Origin: Octopus sinensis
Taxonomy: Eukaryota
Reading direction: 5' to 3'
NCBI RefSeq assembly: GCF_006345805.1
Contig: NC_043000.1
Coordinates: 46,500,001-46,564,000 of the forward strand
Length of the DNA stretch: 64,000 nucleotides
Shown in pieces: positions 26,076 through 39,288 of the stretch (the first letter of the stretch is position 1; each line of letters starts with the position of its first letter). The position numbers were made by a program, and so were the translations under genes. The notes below the pieces were generated by a model. That model did no database searches, was not told the DNA's origin, and worked only from the letters and a program-made list of their open reading frames with translations.

Positions 26076-26486
26076 GGCACAGAAGTAGCTGTGTGGTAAA
26101 TACCCTGCTTACCAACCACATGGTTCTGAGTTCAATCCCACTGCGTGGCACCTTGGGCAAATATCTTCTACTATAGCCTCGGGCTGACCAAAGCCTTGTG
26201 AGTGGATTTGGTAGACGGAAACTGAAAGAAGCCCACCATATATATGTATATATATATGTACATGTGTGTATATGTTTGTGTATCTGTGTCTGTCCCCCCA
26301 ACATCGCTTGACAACCGATGATGGTGTTTTTACGTCCCTGTAACTTAGTGGTTCGGCAAAAAAGATTGATAGAATAAGTACTAGGCTTCCAAAGAATAAG
26401 TACTGGGGTTGATTTGCTTGACTAAAGGTGGTGCTCCAGCATGGTCACAGTCACATGACTGAAACAAGTAAAAGAGTAAAAGAGTA
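26076..26486 (+). mobile_element. SINE family A, full length
   Basis: Same architecture as the copy at 16251-16659. Confidence 0.9.
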
Positions 26487-26789
26487 ACCTGTTGCCTTTG
26501 TACAAATTGATAATAAATACATAATAAAATCTTTAATGATAAAAAAATGAAAGCTAACAACAAAATATTTTCAATGAAATTTTTTGATGCACTGCCAATC
26601 TTAATTTCAACCCTGAACTAAATCTGATGGAAAATTTCATACATTTTTTCATGAAAACATTGGAGATGCTGATAGGAAGAGTAATGGGTGCTGAACATTT
26701 CAATCTAACTAATTTTCTAATAAATACAACACATTATTAAATAAAGAAATTATTTCTCAATTCCTAATTATCCATTTATTTTCTTCACT

Positions 26790-27010
26790 ATCCTGGGATG
26801 GTCATGGAGGTAGAGTCCTCAGACACCTCCTACTTGGGCCCTATCAGAAGTGATTGTCATTACACATCCCAGCTGGATTCCAAAATTTGACCAATTGAGA
26901 CTACGGACATTATCCAACCATCTTGTTCTTGGTCTGCACCTAGATCTCCTGCCAGTTGCCTCACCTTCAAGAATTCATCTGGCTTTTCTTTCCAGCAACA
27001 TTCTCAGCTT
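26790..27010 (-). mobile_element. Decayed LINE C-terminal remnant (RTE/CR1-like)
   Basis: Minus frame ILEGEATGRRSRCRPRTRWLDNV (EG...G.R.RGRPR.RW.D motif). Confidence 0.5.
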
Positions 27011-28192
27011 CATATCAGTAAATATTTTCGTTGGACTTTCATCCATTCATTTTTTTTTTAAGCAACATCATTCTTTATTGACTAAATTTGTGAGAGAATT
27101 TAATATATCTTCTATCACAAATGATTGAAAATATATTTTTACAAGCTTTAGTTTACTACAGCTGTGTTTCCTAATTTTTTTTCTGACCTAGTTCCTCATT
27201 TGGTAACCAGTGGAAACAATGAGTATCCTTACTTAAATTTTCCATTGTGGTGTTCAGAGGAGAGTATAATTTAATTAGAAACCTCAGCACCCACCGAAAT
27301 TAATTTTAGCACCTCTGAGTAAGGAAAACATTGTACTAAAGCTTCTTTCTATCTCTCTCCAATCTCTTTCTCTGTCCCCTCCCCACCTCCACCCTTTTTC
27401 TCTCTCTCATGTAACCACAATTACTGTGAAACACATGATGTAGCACTCCATAGGACATTGAATGCTTGGCAAATGCCTGAGTTTCTGATCTTTTCAGCTG
27501 GCACAGTATAATATTTATAGTATTATAGTTCAGGCCAAAATAAATCCTGATCAAACAGACTCCTAACTCATTGCAACCATGACCAACCATTTCTTTATCT
27601 CTTTTACTTGTGAATATATATCTTATGTGTCCTTCCTGTTTTCATAGACATTAATGGAAAGAGTGATGAATGACAATGAAAAAAATTATTTGCTATATTT
27701 AATTACAACCTTTTACACTTTGCATTTCATCATTCTACCTCACCTCTCTCTCCTCAACTTTCCCTCTGAGGAGAAATTTATAAAATTGGTACCTGTAATA
27801 CACCAAATATTCAATTTAAATGAGTAGTCTTATGGTAATGCAAGAAACCAATTTAAGTTAATTTCCTGTAAAGCTTCATACATGCGAAGGAAATCATAAT
27901 AGTAGACCAAGAGTAAAACTGAAATGTGAATGGAAATGAAATTAAAAGATACTAATGAAGTTTTGTGAAATGATGTACTCATTGAAAGTGATTCCACACT
28001 TGGAATTCTCATAAAGAATTAATTACAATGTAAATCTTGTCTATTTCATGTTCAAGAGTTTATTAAAACTGACATTGAGAATAAGAATTTAGTTTTCTCT
28101 TTCTTCAGAATAATGGTAGCTTTCAATGTCCTTTGCTTACACACACACACATAAATGTATATGCATGTATATGTATGTATGTATGTGTATAA

Positions 28193-28231
<39 letters not shown>

Positions 28232-28849
28232 CACATACACACACACATATACATACATAAATATACATACAGGCAGAGAGATACAGTCACATCTAGACCA
28301 TTCTTTTTTTCAACAGAATGGACAGTTCTGAAATATTAAATTCTCTTCTCTGAAAAGCAGGGTTATATTGGAGAAGATTGCAGTTAATAGCTCTCTCTCC
28401 ACATTACCTTTGAGATATTATCAGTTGATATAGGATGATATTTGGCAGCATCAAAAGTGGTTGCTTTTCTTGAGAATTGGATACACTCTAGTATGTTTCT
28501 AAACCAGGTGACATGTTACAGTCCTGGTGAGGATGAGATTCAATAAACAGGTGAGAATAGAGAGTAGAGATGAGATGCATTATTAAGCTGTGTTTCACAT
28601 TGGATACAGAGCACAGTGGTCAGCCATTACCTGGCTAGTTATTCATGCTATTATAATGCTATTACGATGTAATGCTATTATGATATTATAATGCTATAAA
28701 ATGTGTTTTTGGAAACAGGTTTTCCAATGAACCAATTACAGGTTCACCGTGTTTCTAACAGTGGGAGTAACTCAGAAGACTTTATTCAAAAAGCACTGTA
28801 TCCATTGTTCTAGTCAATTATGTTCATTGGCAGTTTATGGCACAAGATT

Positions 28850-29050
28850 TAAGGCAGTGGACTGGCAGAATTGTTACTACTGGGCAAAATGCTAACCAGT
28901 ATTTCTTAAGTTTTTACTTACTTCGATCAAATTCCACTGAGATCACCTTTGCTTTTCATCCCTTTCAGGGTCGATAAAACAAGTATCAGTTGAGCACTGG
29001 GATTGATGTAATCAACCTACCTCCTCCCTGCTGGCCTTGTGCCAAATATG
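28850..29050 (+). mobile_element. SINE family C, decayed
   Basis: ctttgcttttcatccctttcagggtcgataaaacaagtatcagtt. Confidence 0.65.
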
Positions 29051-31054
29051 GAAGCCAATGCATGACACAAGATACGCACACACGCACAGAGTAAGGCAAG
29101 TAATGGAACATATCTGCTCATATGAGGCTGAAAATCTTACCAAAGTTGGAAAGGGTCTTCTCCATAAATATTTCTTAACTGATGACCATGACATACATGA
29201 AGAGAAGTTGCACCACCCTAATTCAACAGGTCATCAGAAAGAAAACTATATGCATATCACCAAAAGGTTATACTTGAGTTGGTTATATTCCAATAAAGCT
29301 TCCAAGAAACATCATTTATACTCAAAGTAATGTATTTTGGATTAATTTCTGGGGTATTGACTCTCATTTTGAAGGATGTGGTTTTGCAATGCAGAGGCAG
29401 GAAATAGATGCAAAAGCATGAAAACGTGTGTGTTTGTGTGGATATATATATATATATATATATATATATTACACACACATTTTTTAACACAGCACGTCCA
29501 TAAGAGATGTGTCAGGAAAAATATTACAGTAACTGGCCTGTTAAATGCAACAGTGTAGCATGCATTAAGTATGGTACACAGAGAGCTATTTTTATTAAAT
29601 AATGCCTCTACTGTGTATAACAAAAACACTCACACACACATACACACATCCATATGTTTGCACTTACAGCAGGCCTTTGCATAGTTATCTAATGATATTC
29701 TATAAATGAGATGTTGATCAAACTGATATCTCAGGAAGCATTTGCCCATGGTAATGTTTGGTAGAATCATACCAGGACTTCTTGACCACTCAACCATACC
29801 TGTATCCACTGTTTTAGTAAATCACCAATTTGGAAAGTTTGTCATTAGCTGTAGCCATTTTGCACTAGGCTATCTCTAATTAAAATATGCTTATGATTAA
29901 AATATCCCAGTCATAAATATCCTGTTTTTACTTTTTGTTTTTTGAGGTATCACATATATAATGTTGTGTTATACAATGCACCCTCAAATAGCATCCTTTT
30001 AAAAAATAATGTAATTGTAAGGAAATTTAGCTGTATCTCTAGCAGATTAAGTGACTAAGGTTCATTCGGCTGATGTTGTTGCTTAAGTATGAATCATTTG
30101 GGGCATGCAAAACTATGACAAAAACCTTTGTATCATGACAAGACTGTCATCTTAGAGAGAAATGTAGGACTTGTAACAAGCCAAATATCGAAACCTTACA
30201 TATTTAGCAACTGGGATCAGATCATACTTAGATCAGGTGATGTGCTCTGAATATTAACCAATCAGCTTGTAGAAATATTGCACCATATTATAGAATGTTC
30301 TATGAGGTTACAGAGAATTTTGCATTAAAAGCAACAACGTGGGCAAGCATGGAGCAGAGAAGTAGAGAAACATGCGTTAAAGGAATCATAGACAATGAAG
30401 GACAATGTATGATTCCCGTCTCTCGTATGAAGCCATTTTTCCTGTTATTTGTGTAATTATGAACTATATTTGCTTCTGGTATACCACAATGTACACATGG
30501 CAAGCAAAATGTGATTACATAAATATTGCGAAATAACTTCTGTAAAAATAAATGTCATTCAAATAACGTTGGAGTTGGTTTTATTATAGGACAGCAAACA
30601 GCCTAAAATCAGGTCATGTAAATACCCCTTTAACCATATCCACAGACAATTGTATACACTGGGCCATTCCTATAAAGGTAGGAGAAGTGTGATTTGTGAG
30701 AGATGATGCTGCCATCTTTAACAGTTCAGTTAACCATTTAGAGACTTATTTGATTGTCTCTTCTGTTGTGGCTACAAAACAGATTTTACTACATTGTGGT
30801 ACCAATTCCAATTCTTTTAACAGATCAGTTCAAAATTCTCTAAACGGCTTACCAATATATTTCCCATCGTGCTTTCCATTGTAGGGAACGTTGATGTAGT
30901 TTCACGTTTTACTTTTATTATTCTCTCTATCACCCAAGGAGACAGTGCCATATTTAGGTATAAAGTTAAACAAACTACAGATTAGGGCCTCGAAATAAGT
31001 GTGACTATCAGGTGTAATTTGCTAACAGGGGCCCACCAGGTTATATTTAGTCTT

Positions 31055-31217
31055 ATTTCTTTATTGCCCACAAGGAGCTAAACATAGAGAGGATAAACAA
31101 GGACAGACAAAGGGATTAAGTCGATTACATCGACCCAGTGCGTAACTGGTACTTAATTTATCGACCCGAAAAGGATGAAAGGCAAAGTCGACCTTTGAAT
31201 TTGAACTCAGAACGTAA
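31055..31217 (-). mobile_element. SINE family C, head truncated
   Basis: Closely matches 19731-19890. Confidence 0.8.
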
Positions 31218-32199
31218 GGTTATAGTTAGTCTTGATCCTTGTCGAAGTCTGAATCAGCTGTGTAGACTGAATCGGTGTTTCTAAGGATATTTTTGACAAT
31301 CATTATACTTCATTAAGTATTTTATTAACTCAAGTATTGTTTCTCATGCACATAGTGTTTTTGAGTTACTTAGAATTGATTGAATTAGATGGCCAATGAG
31401 CCGGAGCAATAGGGTTAGCCAAGGAGAAGAGAAATATTTATATTTTTGATTTACTGAAATAAAAATAAGCTTGATTCAATCAACACATATTCGCAAAAGT
31501 TCCACAACAAACAATATATTCATTATTACTGAGACTTTACCTAAATTGCAAAAGATGTGTAAATAATGACAGGACAAGAAAATTTCAAAACAAAAAAAAA
31601 AAACAAAAAGACAGAAAGAACTTTATTCCAGTCACACATGTCTAGGAATTACTGTTAAATCTATTTCTGTCTGTTTTTCTGTCTCTTTCTTTTTGCCTTA
31701 CCTCTTTCTCTCTCGACCATTTCTGTATAAATTTGTATTAGTAAGCAATAAACTGAAAAAACAAACATCTCTAAAATTTCGTCTAGGCAACAACAACAAC
31801 AACATAAGCAACGTACATTTCTACATCTTGAAACACTTAATCGGGCTTAAAAAATTCTACCTGATAAAAATCTCTTTCATATTATCACCTTAAGAGAATC
31901 AAAACTTTTTTGCATTGTAAATTTTTTGACACATATATTTTGGTATATTTTTCATGAGTTAAGTGTCATGGTAAATACATCTCAGTACACTTGAAATATA
32001 TATTTGACAAGACAAATAAATCAGAACAGTCAATGATAAAAACGTATTCTATTTGTACTGAGGCTGATTTCAGTTCAATTGTTTTAGTTTTTTGTTTTGC
32101 TTTTTAAGTTGATTAAGTATTTTGATTAAATTTTAAGCTGACGTATTCATACAGAACTCTACACTTGCTATGTAGAAAAGATCCCACTGGACTTAATCA

Positions 32200-33165
32200 T
32201 AATGCTAGATACCCATGTTGGCAATTTTCACTAAGAAAAATAAAACTTGGATTTTTTGCGTGGAATCAAGTACCCTGACCTCCTAATATACTGCAAATTC
32301 CTAATTTTGGTTCGAAAAAAAGGGTAGTGAAGCCCCCCCCCCGTATCCCAGAATCATTGGAAATTTCTTTTTTTTCCATTGAATGAATTTCGGTGACCTC
32401 CTAATATGCTACAAAACCCATTTTTGGGTCCGGAAAACGGGATGCGGTGAGGTGGAAGCCTCGGAAATTTCACCCCTACCCCATTGATTTTTTCTCCAGC
32501 ACGATAGTCACTAAAAAAAAAAAAAATTCAGTGTTTTTGCATGGGATCAAGTACTCTGACCTGATAATATGCAACAAGCCCCTCTTTTTTTTTTTGGAAA
32601 AAAAGAGTTGGTGGAAAACAGGCCGGAATCATTGGAATCTTTTTTCCATTGACTGAATTCCGGTGACCTAATATGTTACAAGGCCTGCCACCCTAGGTTT
32701 TGTAGCATATTAGGAGGTCACCGGATTCATTCGACAAAAAAATTTCCAATGATTCTAGGATGGGGGTGTCTCCACCACTGCCCCCTTTTTTCCGAACCAA
32801 AATAAGGGATTTGCAGCATATTATGAGGTCAGGGTACTTGATTCCACACAAAAAATCCGAGTTTTTTTCTTTCTTAGTAAAAATAATGCGGGTGATAATC
32901 TAAAAATTTACCCCCGTGTGTGGGTAGCTACATAGTAAACGTATTTATGACATTAAGAGTGAACTAAATATTTTGCTGTTCATACTCCATACACATCATG
33001 TGTATGCATGTGTGACAACGTTTGTGTGTGTAAAAATTTATAGCCGTATGGATGCACAGATAAATGAGATTAGGCACTACTGTATGAGAGTGTATGAGTG
33101 TGTGTTTAACTGTGGTTACAAAGTCTCGCGGTTTACTACGAAATTTTTTATACCATTATATAATT
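32200..33165. mobile_element. Modular non-autonomous element with internal inverted arms (possibly Helitron/Helentron-derived)
   Basis: 32225-32420 is inverted at ~32695-32890 (tcaagtaccctgacc / ggtcagggtacttga), and the ggtgacctcctaatatg module recurs. The classification is a guess. Confidence 0.5.
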
Positions 33166-33619
33166 GTGTTGTGTGTTAACTCAATATTACAAGAAATAAA
33201 CCTCAGAATAACAGTGAGACTTCATTCCTCTACTAAATTGCACAGTGGACCAAATAATATTTCAGCTCTGGCTGTCGCTAGTTAGAAGTACTCCGTTATA
33301 ACAGCAGGGGAAATATGACACGTACTCCAGGAATCCTCTCACCTCTCTATCATAAGGGTTTTGTAAAGTCTATAGAGAGACATAGGCTACCAGTGACAGT
33401 GTAGGTTTGTTATTTAGAATGTATTAAGCACAATGTGAGATCCATATTCTGCGCAATACTCGAATAATCAAAATACAAGACTCAGCTAAATGTTCCAAGC
33501 TCACATGATAGGTCAAATGACCAGTCATTCCAAAATGCCATTAAAGAAATGGGCCTCGTTATACATGGGAAAATGCCGTCCATTTACGTTCATGTATAAA
33601 CTCCTATATACGGAAGGAA

Positions 33620-33977
33620 GCACTCCGTCGGTTACGACGACGAGGGTTCCGGTTGATCCGATCAACGGAACAGCCTGCTCGTGAAATTAACGTGTAAGTG
33701 GCTGAGCACTCCACAGACACGTGTACCCTTAACACAGTTCTCGGGGATATTCAGCGTGACACAGAGAGTGACAAGGCCGGCCCTTTGAAATACAGGTACA
33801 ACAGAAACAGGAAGTAAGAGTGAGAGAAAGTTGTGGTGAAAGAGTACAGCAGGGATCACCACCATCCCCTGCCGGAGCCTCGTGGAGCTTTTAGGTGTTT
33901 TCGATCAATAAACACTCACAACGCCCGATCCTATGACCGCGAGTCCGTTGCCCTAACAACTGGGCCATTGCGCCTCC
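33620..33977 (-). mobile_element. SINE family B (tRNA-Arg-like head)
   Basis: A box tggcccagt with a TCG anticodon-like triplet (ggactcgcggtc). The body matches 51178-51555. Confidence 0.85.
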
Positions 33978-34022
33978 ACACTCCTATATACAGGACCTAT
34001 GTGAATATACAATTATAAACAC

Positions 34023-34870
34023 AGCAAAATATGGGTTAATGTTGACATTATTACCCGGAAACGAAATCGAAAAAAGAAAATAGGGTAAAAATGGGTGAAG
34101 AAAACTAATCTGAAAACAAAAATGTGTGAAGAGCAATGGGCGGGGGAAGAGGCCTTCAGAAAATTCACAAGATCCAATGTTTTTCCCTCATAACTTTTAG
34201 GAAAATGAGTTTTTTAATGAAATTGTATATAAATACCTTTCAAACGGTATAGATTAAAATTATAAAGAAATTTGTGGGGAAATTCTTTTCCGAGGGGGTA
34301 AGGGAGAGGACTTCGGAAATTTCACAAGATCCGATGTTTTTCACTCGTGACGTTGCGGAAAATAGGTGTCTTTCAATGAAATTATATATAAATACCTTTT
34401 AAACGGCATGCATTAAGGATGTCTAATGCGCCGCAAACTCCTTATTTTTCTTTGGAAAAAGTGGGGGCAGGAAACCAGAATTATTAGAAAATGTTTCTCT
34501 TTCTTTTTCGATGAATGAATTACGGTGACCCAATATGCCACAAAACACGGGCTGTTTCTTTCTTTAAAATTTCGTTAAAATTTTTACAAGTGCGCCTTTA
34601 AAGAAATTAGTGGTAACGAAGTCTGGACTGGAGAGAGGAAGAATGATACAAAATCCTTATAAAAACCACGTTAGCGTTTGTATGTGTGTGTGAAACAAAG
34701 TATTATATTAAAACAAAATGTCGTTTACATACCTCTTAAAAATCAGTTTTCAAATGGTATCCAATGTTTTCACTTTCCTTTAGAAATTTTTCATGCCGAA
34801 ATTTTAATCGGGCAAACTAATACGTTTCAGTTTTGTGTGGCGAGAGTGAGAGAGAGACACACACATATTT
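34023..34870 (+). mobile_element. Modular repeat with ~150-bp internal subrepeats, left copy
   Basis: aaattcacaagatccgatgtttt module repeated. 34023-34265 is inverted at 39778-40046. Confidence 0.6.
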
Positions 34871-34876
34871 CATGGT

Positions 34877-35032
34877 GGAATTACAACCGTGTTTCGTGGT
34901 CCGCTACCACAATAGCTACTTCATCGGATCCAGTTAGCTCAAGACATCATCAGGAGGAACCACGTCCGGTTTCGGCCCCTACTCCTCTACCGTTTTGACG
35001 TAGTGGCCCCCATCCCTTTCGGAGGTGTCTTC
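34877..35032. repeat. ~156-bp direct repeat at the 3' side of the HERO-like element
   Basis: ggaattacaaccgtgtttcgtgg...tttcggaggtgtcttc, repeated at 39289-39443 with about 10 differences. Confidence 0.95.
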
Positions 35033-35278
35033 AGCTCTGGTGTTGGGTGCATGTCTTCTTTCTTCTGTTCCCTGGCCTCTTCGATGTATCGTCAGCGAGT
35101 GTCAACCGGTGCCTGACTGACTTGTCAAATTTTTCCCTTTAAATGCCTGCCGCTGGGCTCCAGCAGACAGCCCCAGCAAGTTGTCACGTGGCTAGTGAAG
35201 GCGCGTAGTTTTAGCCCGCGCATTCTCTAAGCGACCGTCACCTGTCAGTCAGCGAAGCTGATTCAATGGTAGCTTGTC

Positions 35279-38200
35279 TCACCTAATGATGTTATTTCCT
35301 GCCGGCGTGTTATGACTTTCAAGCCATTTTCGGTCTTCCTCCTTCAGCCATATATAGAAGCTGGCTTTTTCGACCGCCTCCTGTACTCTTCTTATTAGTT
35401 TTCGCAGCTCGGAGCTAGAAAAAACAAATCTTCTTTTGAAAAGCGTTGTCATTTTCCTTTCAATGAAGCCTCTAGCTCCCGCTGCCATGTGATAATATTC
35501 GACATTCCATCCCTGTTCTCTGCATTCTTCGATTAGTTTTTCGTACCTCTTCTCCTTTCGTTCCTCTGCATTGCCGATGTTCTCTTCCCAAGGTACTGTC
35601 AGTTCTAGTAAAATTCCTGTTCTCCGGTCTCTGTTCTATAGGACTAAATCCGGTCTTTTTGTTGTTTCTTTTAGTGGAAATATTACTTGTCTTTCCAAGT
35701 CCGTGGCCACCTCCCAGTATCCCTTCCATCTTTCGTCTATCTCATATACTTTACTTGTAGGCCTGGTTTTATATCCTTTTCCCTCCTTGTGGAAGTATAC
35801 TTTACTGCGCTTTTCTACTTTTGGGTACTCTCCCCTATTGTACCTCTCGATCTTCTCCTTGAGTGCTGCACTTATGACGCCGAGGACTTGATTATGCCGC
35901 CATGTATATCTTTCTAGTGCTAGTCTGCAATTTGACAGAACATGTCTAACCGTCGCTTTCTCTCCGCATTTACACTCATCGGTTGTTTTTATGTTCGCCG
36001 GTGAGGGTAGAACGTCGAAGGTAGACTTGATCAGGGAGGATGTTCTTGCTTGCTCCCAAGCCCAAAGTTCCTTCCATGATATTCTGCGGTTGATCACATA
36101 TTCCTCCCATCCCAGGCACTGTCCCTATTGACTGCATTGCGCCAAATGTACATTTTGCCTTTCTTCTTCCTCCTTTCTCACTTCGCATACCACTGCCTCT
36201 TTCATCTCTTTTATACTGCTCTTGCAAAATGGCCTGAAATTTTGCGACCCTAGGCCGGTTCTTGTTTCTTGCCTCGCTCCGACTATATCTGCGTGCCTTA
36301 GTTTTCCGATCGCCCTGTTTACTGCCTCTTCCGCCTTCCATTTTCTCCCTGTTCGTACCTTTGGAGAGTTTTCCCGGATGCTCTGATCTTTTGAATACCT
36401 TAGCATCATTACTGTCCTTGCCTTTCCTGCCTTATATTCTTCGGCGTTTGATGTTATTGGTAGTTGCAGCACGGGTTTTCCATATAGTGCAGTTGTATTC
36501 AGTGGTTTCGGCAGACCAAGCCATTTTCTAATAAACACACTGCATCTTTGTTCCATCCTTTCTACACTACTCGAGACTATTTCGTACATTTGCAATGGCC
36601 ACATTATTCTTGGGTACAGCCCAAATTGCAGTATCCAACATTTGAATTTTCCCGGCAGCGTTGATCTGTCAATTGCCCTTAATCCTTGTTCTACTCGTGT
36701 GTTTCTTTCCCTTGCTTCTTATCATTTAATAAATCTCTATAACATCTGCCGAGACTCTTTACTGGTTGTTCTTTCACCGTTGGTATGTCTTCACCTCCTA
36801 TCCTGAATTTCACTTCTTCTTGCCTTCCTTTCACGAAAGCCACGCTTCGAGATTTTTTGGCTTTGAATTTCATCCTTGCCCATCCTATCAGTTCGTCCAA
36901 CCGCTCTAACGTTCCCTCTGCTGCTTCTCTACTTTGCGATAATATAGTTACGCCGTCCATAAAAGCCCTTAATGGTATCTTTGTAACAGCTTTCTCACAG
37001 CTTGTAGATCTAAGTAACATCTCCATGTCTAGCACGAATAAGATGACTGATATCGTGCATCCGGCTGCAATACCTATTTCAAGCCGTTACCACTCCATTG
37101 TGAACTTTCCTGCTGTAAATCTCATCCTCAGGTTGTCGTTGTACGACATGAACATTCGTTGAACATCTTTTGGAATCCAAAAGAAGTCCATCGCTGTTTT
37201 TATTATTGCCTGCGGGACTGATCCATAAGCATTGGCAAGATCTAGCCAAACAATATACAGGTTTTTCTTCATTTGTTTTGCACAGGTAATGGCTTCCCAG
37301 ATGGCAAATGCGTGTTCTATGCACCCAGGGATTCCTGCTTTTTGGATTGCTTCATTAAGGTACCCGTTATGCTGTACGAATCTTATGATTCGTCTAGCAA
37401 TTATTCCAAACATGATTTTCCCGACAGTATTTAATAGTGAAGTTGGTATAAGTTGACCTAGTGTTTTTGCCTCTTTTTCTTTAGGTAGATAGATACCTTC
37501 AGCTATACACCATCGCTCCGCTACATCTTTCTACTTCCACATTTCTCTTATCAGTGCAAACAGCTGCAAACGTAATTTCAGACAATATTTATATACCTTG
37601 TACCTCACTCCATCGTTCCCTGGTGAACTTTTTGCTCTTGCTTTTCATATGAACTCATCTATTTCTTTCCGTTTGATGTCACCCAAATCAACTGGCACTC
37701 TTGGTTCAGGTAGTTTCTTCAGTCCGTGTATTTCTGGGAGTACTTCATTTCTGTCAGAGTCACTGTATGTCTCTTTCAGATGTTGTTCGAACTCTTCTTT
37801 CGTGCAATCCAATTTTCCGCTTTTACTTTCAGTAAATAGATGTTTCGCATATTGATAGGGATTATTCACAAAGCTACGATAGTTTTTTTCTCTCTCCTTT
37901 CTTCTGCTTATCCTTCTTTGTTTTCTTAGCAGCTCTCGATGCCTCTTTTTTATCTCTTCATATAGCTGCTTTAGCCCTTCTCTTTCCTCCTCCTTTGCAT
38001 ATGTAGTGACGCTATACAGCGGCGCATGCGCGAAGCACCGGAAGTAGAACCATTTGCCTACGTGGCAGTTAGCCGAGGCAGGGGAGCGTGAACCTTAAAG
38101 GGGTCCAGAGTGAAATAGCAGCAGTCAGCAGCGACTTGAGACATGGCTATCGAAGGTACAACACGTATATTCTCTCTGTCCGAATTTGATTCTAGCAGCA

Positions 38201-39161
38201 GCTTTTACCGAAAGCTTTTAACCAAATTGTTGCAGACTACATCATCTTCCTTTCTCCGGACGCCATCTTTGACAAGTGTCGTTTTGCATTTGAACACTTT
38301 CTTATTTTACAGCGATAAGGTTCAGCTGAGACACATCTATACCAAAGGGATGCCAGATACACCAATTATATGTTACCACATAAGAGAATAAAGTAGATAT
38401 ATATTATTTACGTTTGCGTCTTGTTGTTTCTGACTGGTAGAGAATCTGGATTTAAAAGCAACGGATAGTGATTGCTTCTCGCACCCCCAAAAGGTCCAGA
38501 GAAGATATTCACACCACACAAGTTCGTTTCACATACATCCATCTGGTTCTGAGTTTTTCTTCTCTTCTCGAATCTTTGCGATCCGTCTTTATCTCCTCGA
38601 TGGTCCGCGCTTTGCCGTTGATTCTACCTTCCCTGTTGTTTCCAGTCCAAATCTTTTCTCTCCTTCCTGGTAGATTGTATTAGTCAGGTTTTCGAGCTTT
38701 TGTTCGTCGTCGCCTTTGAATTTGATGGTCATTCTTGCTACCTCATCGTCTATTTTTTTATAACTCGCTGCGTCATTTGCTTTCGGCCACTTAATCTTTG
38801 TCCTCTTCACGCCTATCAGTCTTTTTGACTGTTCCAATTCAACTGTGGAATGAACCTCGTTATGGTTATTTTCCAGGGGGTTCTGGCCACACGTCATATG
38901 GTTTATCAACCCGCGTTGTTAAATTACTTTCTTCTGACACACCTTCCTTTGGTGGATTCTCAGCCCGATGTAACTAGCAAACACCTTTCCACGGCAGCTG
39001 AACTCCTCATCTACCATTCCTATACCGTTTCGTTTCTCATTGTCCATTTCCGGTCCAAGTCCATTTCGTTTTTTTCCGTCCCTATTTGATCCTTTATTCT
39101 CCCCCCCCATTCCGTGGTCCGGGATCATGGGGGCATGATTTCCCATATTTTTTCGTTGCAA
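35279..39161 (-). pseudogene. Frameshifted single ORF of the HERO-like element
   Basis: ORF-track fragments 38919-39161, 38589-38909, 37645-37869, 37087-37413, 36691-37035, 36125-36604, 35636-36097 and 35279-35488 are collinear pieces of one protein. Confidence 0.85.
38002..38531 (+). mobile_element. Solo LTR (probably Gypsy) inserted in the HERO ORF
   Basis: TG...CA ends with a CATA 4-bp TSD (37998-38001 and 38532-35); an alternative parse is TGT...ACA with a TA TSD. AATAAA at ~38385. Removing it restores W-M-Y-A-K-E-E-E in the host ORF. Confidence 0.75.
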
Positions 39162-39288
39162 TTATATCCCGGATCGGGCTGCAAGCCCATTTGATCCTTC
39201 GTTACGCCGTCGTACTGTCAAGCGTCTCCCCACATTGTCATCCCTCTTTCTGGATTGTCAGCAAGTCTTTCCAGCAGTCAGTATCTGA

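Larger units (their letters stand above)
35033..39288 (-). mobile_element. HERO-like non-LTR retrotransposon (RT + restriction-like endonuclease), near full length, decayed
   Basis: N-terminal C2H2-like GLRIHQRKVC. RT motifs QKAGIPG, WLDLANAYGSVP, GIAAGCTISVILF and AFMDG (D changed to G). CCHC CKCGEKATVRHVLSNC, then RYTWRHNQVL and the endonuclease RPDLVL...ELTVPWEE. Confidence 0.85.
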
